Assembly (NCBI GenBank): GCA_963736855.1
Contig: CAVTQK010000021.1
Span: forward strand, 1 to 64,000
Direction of reading: 5' to 3'
Length of the DNA stretch: 64,000 nt
Source of the DNA: an uncultured delta proteobacterium
GTDB lineage: Bacteria > Desulfobacterota > Desulfobacteria > Desulfobacterales > UBA2156
Position 1 is the first letter of the stretch. Every line of letters begins with the position of its first letter. This document shows, piece by piece, positions 62,201 to 64,000 of this stretch. A model generated the notes under the pieces. The model saw nothing but the letters and a program-made list of their open reading frames with translations. It was not told the DNA's origin and searched no databases. A program made the translations under genes and the position numbers.

Positions 62201-63760
62201 ATGGGTTCTTGGATGAATCTGGGGCAGAATCTGAAGGTCAATGCCAAAAGATTTCCCGATACTATCGCCCTCAAGGACGCCGGACGGAGCCTGACCTATC
62301 CCATGCTCAACAGCCGGGTGAACCGACTGGCCCACAGTCTTCTGTCCATGGGGCTTATTAAAGGGGATAAGTTGGCTGTCTTGATGGAGAACAGTATTGA
62401 AATTGTGGAGATCTACCTGGCCTGTGCCAAGACCGGAATCATCATCGTTCCCATTAATTTTCGGTTGGTGAGCCAGGAAGTTGCTTATATCCTGGAGAAT
62501 TCGGACGCCAAAGCCCTCATTGTTCAAGACCAGTTCGTCCTTACCGTGGAGCCTCTTCGGGAAAGTCTTACTGCCATCCGCTCCGACCGTTACGTTGTGG
62601 TGGGTCAGGAAAAACCGGGATATCAGCCCTATGAACAATGGATCGCCGGGGCACCCGATGCGGAACCGGAGGCCGAAGTGGCCCCCGAAGACACCTGGAT
62701 CCTAATCTACACTTCAGGAACCACTGGAAGACCCAAAGGGGTCTTACGTTCCCATCGCTCCCACATCGCCTTTTATCTCATCAATGCCGTGGATTTCGGG
62801 TTTTCTCAGCATGATATCTGCCTCAACGTCATGCCCCTTTGCCATATCAACTCCACCTATTTCACCTTCACCTTTACTTATATCGGAGCGACGGTGTATA
62901 TCCATCCGGCCCAGTCATTCCGAGCGGAAGAAATCATGGAAATTACCGAGCGGGAGAAAATTACATTCATTTCTCTGATACCGACCCACTATAACCTCAT
63001 CCTGAACGTTTCAGAAGGGGCCAGGAAGCGGGATGTCGGCTCCATCAAAAAACTCCTGTGCTCCTCGGCGCCGGTGAGGAAAAGCATGAAACTGGCCATC
63101 ATGGAGTTTTTCCCGGGAGTTGAGTTGTATGAAGGGTACGGTTCCACCGAGGCGGGCATCGTCACGGTCCTCAAGCCCGAAGACCAGATGCGGAAACTCG
63201 GATCCATCGGATACGAATCTCTGGGGACCGACTTCGTTAAAATCCTGGGTAAGGATGGAAAAGAGGTGCCCGTGGGCGAGGTGGGGGAACTCTATTCCAA
63301 AGGCCCCATGCTTTTCAACGGGTATTACAAACTCCCGGAAAAGACCGCCGCGTCCTTTCGGGGAGAATGGTTTTCAGCCGGGGACATGGCCCGAAAGGAT
63401 TCCGACGGATATTACCAGATCGTCGACCGGAAGGACAACATGATCATCACCGGCGGCGAGCATGTCTATCCCAGCGAGGTGGAAGAAGTCGTAGGGAGCC
63501 ATGAGGGTGTTTTCGATTGCGCCTGCATCGGGCTTCCGGACGAAAAATGGGGAGAAAAGGTTGTCGCCGTGGTGGTGCCGAAGCCCGGGGTGAAGGCGGG
63601 TGACATCGACGAGAAGACGATTATGGATTGCTGCAAAGGTAAGATGGCGGGTTACAAGCGACCCAAAGAGGTGATCTTCATCAAACCGGAGGAAATGCCC
63701 AGGACACCGACGGGAAAGATTTTACATCGCAGGTTAAAGGAGCGATTGGCTAATCGGTGA
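62201..63760 (+). CDS. AMP-forming acyl/aryl-CoA ligase
   Basis: YTSGTTGRPKG, GYGSTE, GD, VDRKDNMIITGG and TGKI. Confidence 0.92.
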   Translation: MGSWMNLGQNLKVNAKRFPDTIALKDAGRSLTYPMLNSRVNRLAHSLLSMGLIKGDKLAVLMENSIEIVEIYLACAKTGIIIVPINFRLVSQEVAYILENSDAKALIVQDQFVLTVEPLRESLTAIRSDRYVVVGQEKPGYQPYEQWIAGAPDAEPEAEVAPEDTWILIYTSGTTGRPKGVLRSHRSHIAFYLINAVDFGFSQHDICLNVMPLCHINSTYFTFTFTYIGATVYIHPAQSFRAEEIMEITEREKITFISLIPTHYNLILNVSEGARKRDVGSIKKLLCSSAPVRKSMKLAIMEFFPGVELYEGYGSTEAGIVTVLKPEDQMRKLGSIGYESLGTDFVKILGKDGKEVPVGEVGELYSKGPMLFNGYYKLPEKTAASFRGEWFSAGDMARKDSDGYYQIVDRKDNMIITGGEHVYPSEVEEVVGSHEGVFDCACIGLPDEKWGEKVVAVVVPKPGVKAGDIDEKTIMDCCKGKMAGYKRPKEVIFIKPEEMPRTPTGKILHRRLKERLANR

Positions 63761-63809
63761 TCGGGAAACCGACACCCATCGAATCTATTTGAAACGAGGA
63801 GGGAAGTTC

Positions 63810-64000
63810 ATGTTCAAAAAAGCATTTATTCCTTACCGGGGTTACTATTCTTCTCCCTTTATCCGTTGGCAGGGAAGTCTGGCCAACGAGAACGCCATAT
63901 CGTTCGGGGCGGAAACATCCAGGAGATGGCTGCAATCCAAAAACTGGGATCCCAAGATGTTCGATTATGTATTTTTGGGGCTGACGGTGGGACAACCCAA
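63810..64000 (+). CDS. Thiolase-family protein, N-terminus only (runs off the window)
   Basis: GAGGAGG RBS; MFKKAFIPYRGYYSSPFIRWQGSLANENAI..., open to the window end. Confidence 0.65.
   Translation, partial: MFKKAFIPYRGYYSSPFIRWQGSLANENAISFGAETSRRWLQSKNWDPKMFDYVFLGLTVGQP

Noticed and set aside
1..64000. tRNA, rRNA, prophage or anti-phage defence genes
   Set aside because: None recognised by eye

Overview
Mostly core-genome DNA from an anaerobic bacterium, probably Desulfobacterota-like (inferred from gene content and protein style). From left to right: (1) a pstSCAB-like ABC operon; (2) a Ni/Co uptake operon (DUF4198, porin, cbiM/L/Q/O) whose leader carries two copies of an unrecognised attenuator-like RNA element; (3) guaA, a trpF-like gene and efp; (4) a HEAT-cNMP-PilZ protein coupled to a stand-alone PilZ gene; (5) menA-like, ybaK, pfkB, ybdL-yafV, mrp, pyrD and neighbours; (6) an accessory stretch at about 28.5-37.4 kb with IS remnants, an HD-GYP gene and a 2-oxoacid:ferredoxin oxidoreductase pair; (7) an ilvB-ilvN-ilvC-cimA-leuA operon with an unannotated Ile/Leu/Val-rich leader-peptide attenuator; (8) topA, dprA, secF, secD, yajC, purB and an RNase E/G gene; (9) a CoA-dependent radical dehydratase/reductase catabolic cluster that runs off the right edge. 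Six +1 frameshifts in five genes look like sequencing or assembly insertions. No rRNA, tRNA or CRISPR array was seen. All protein-family calls come from motif recognition by eye, not database searches.
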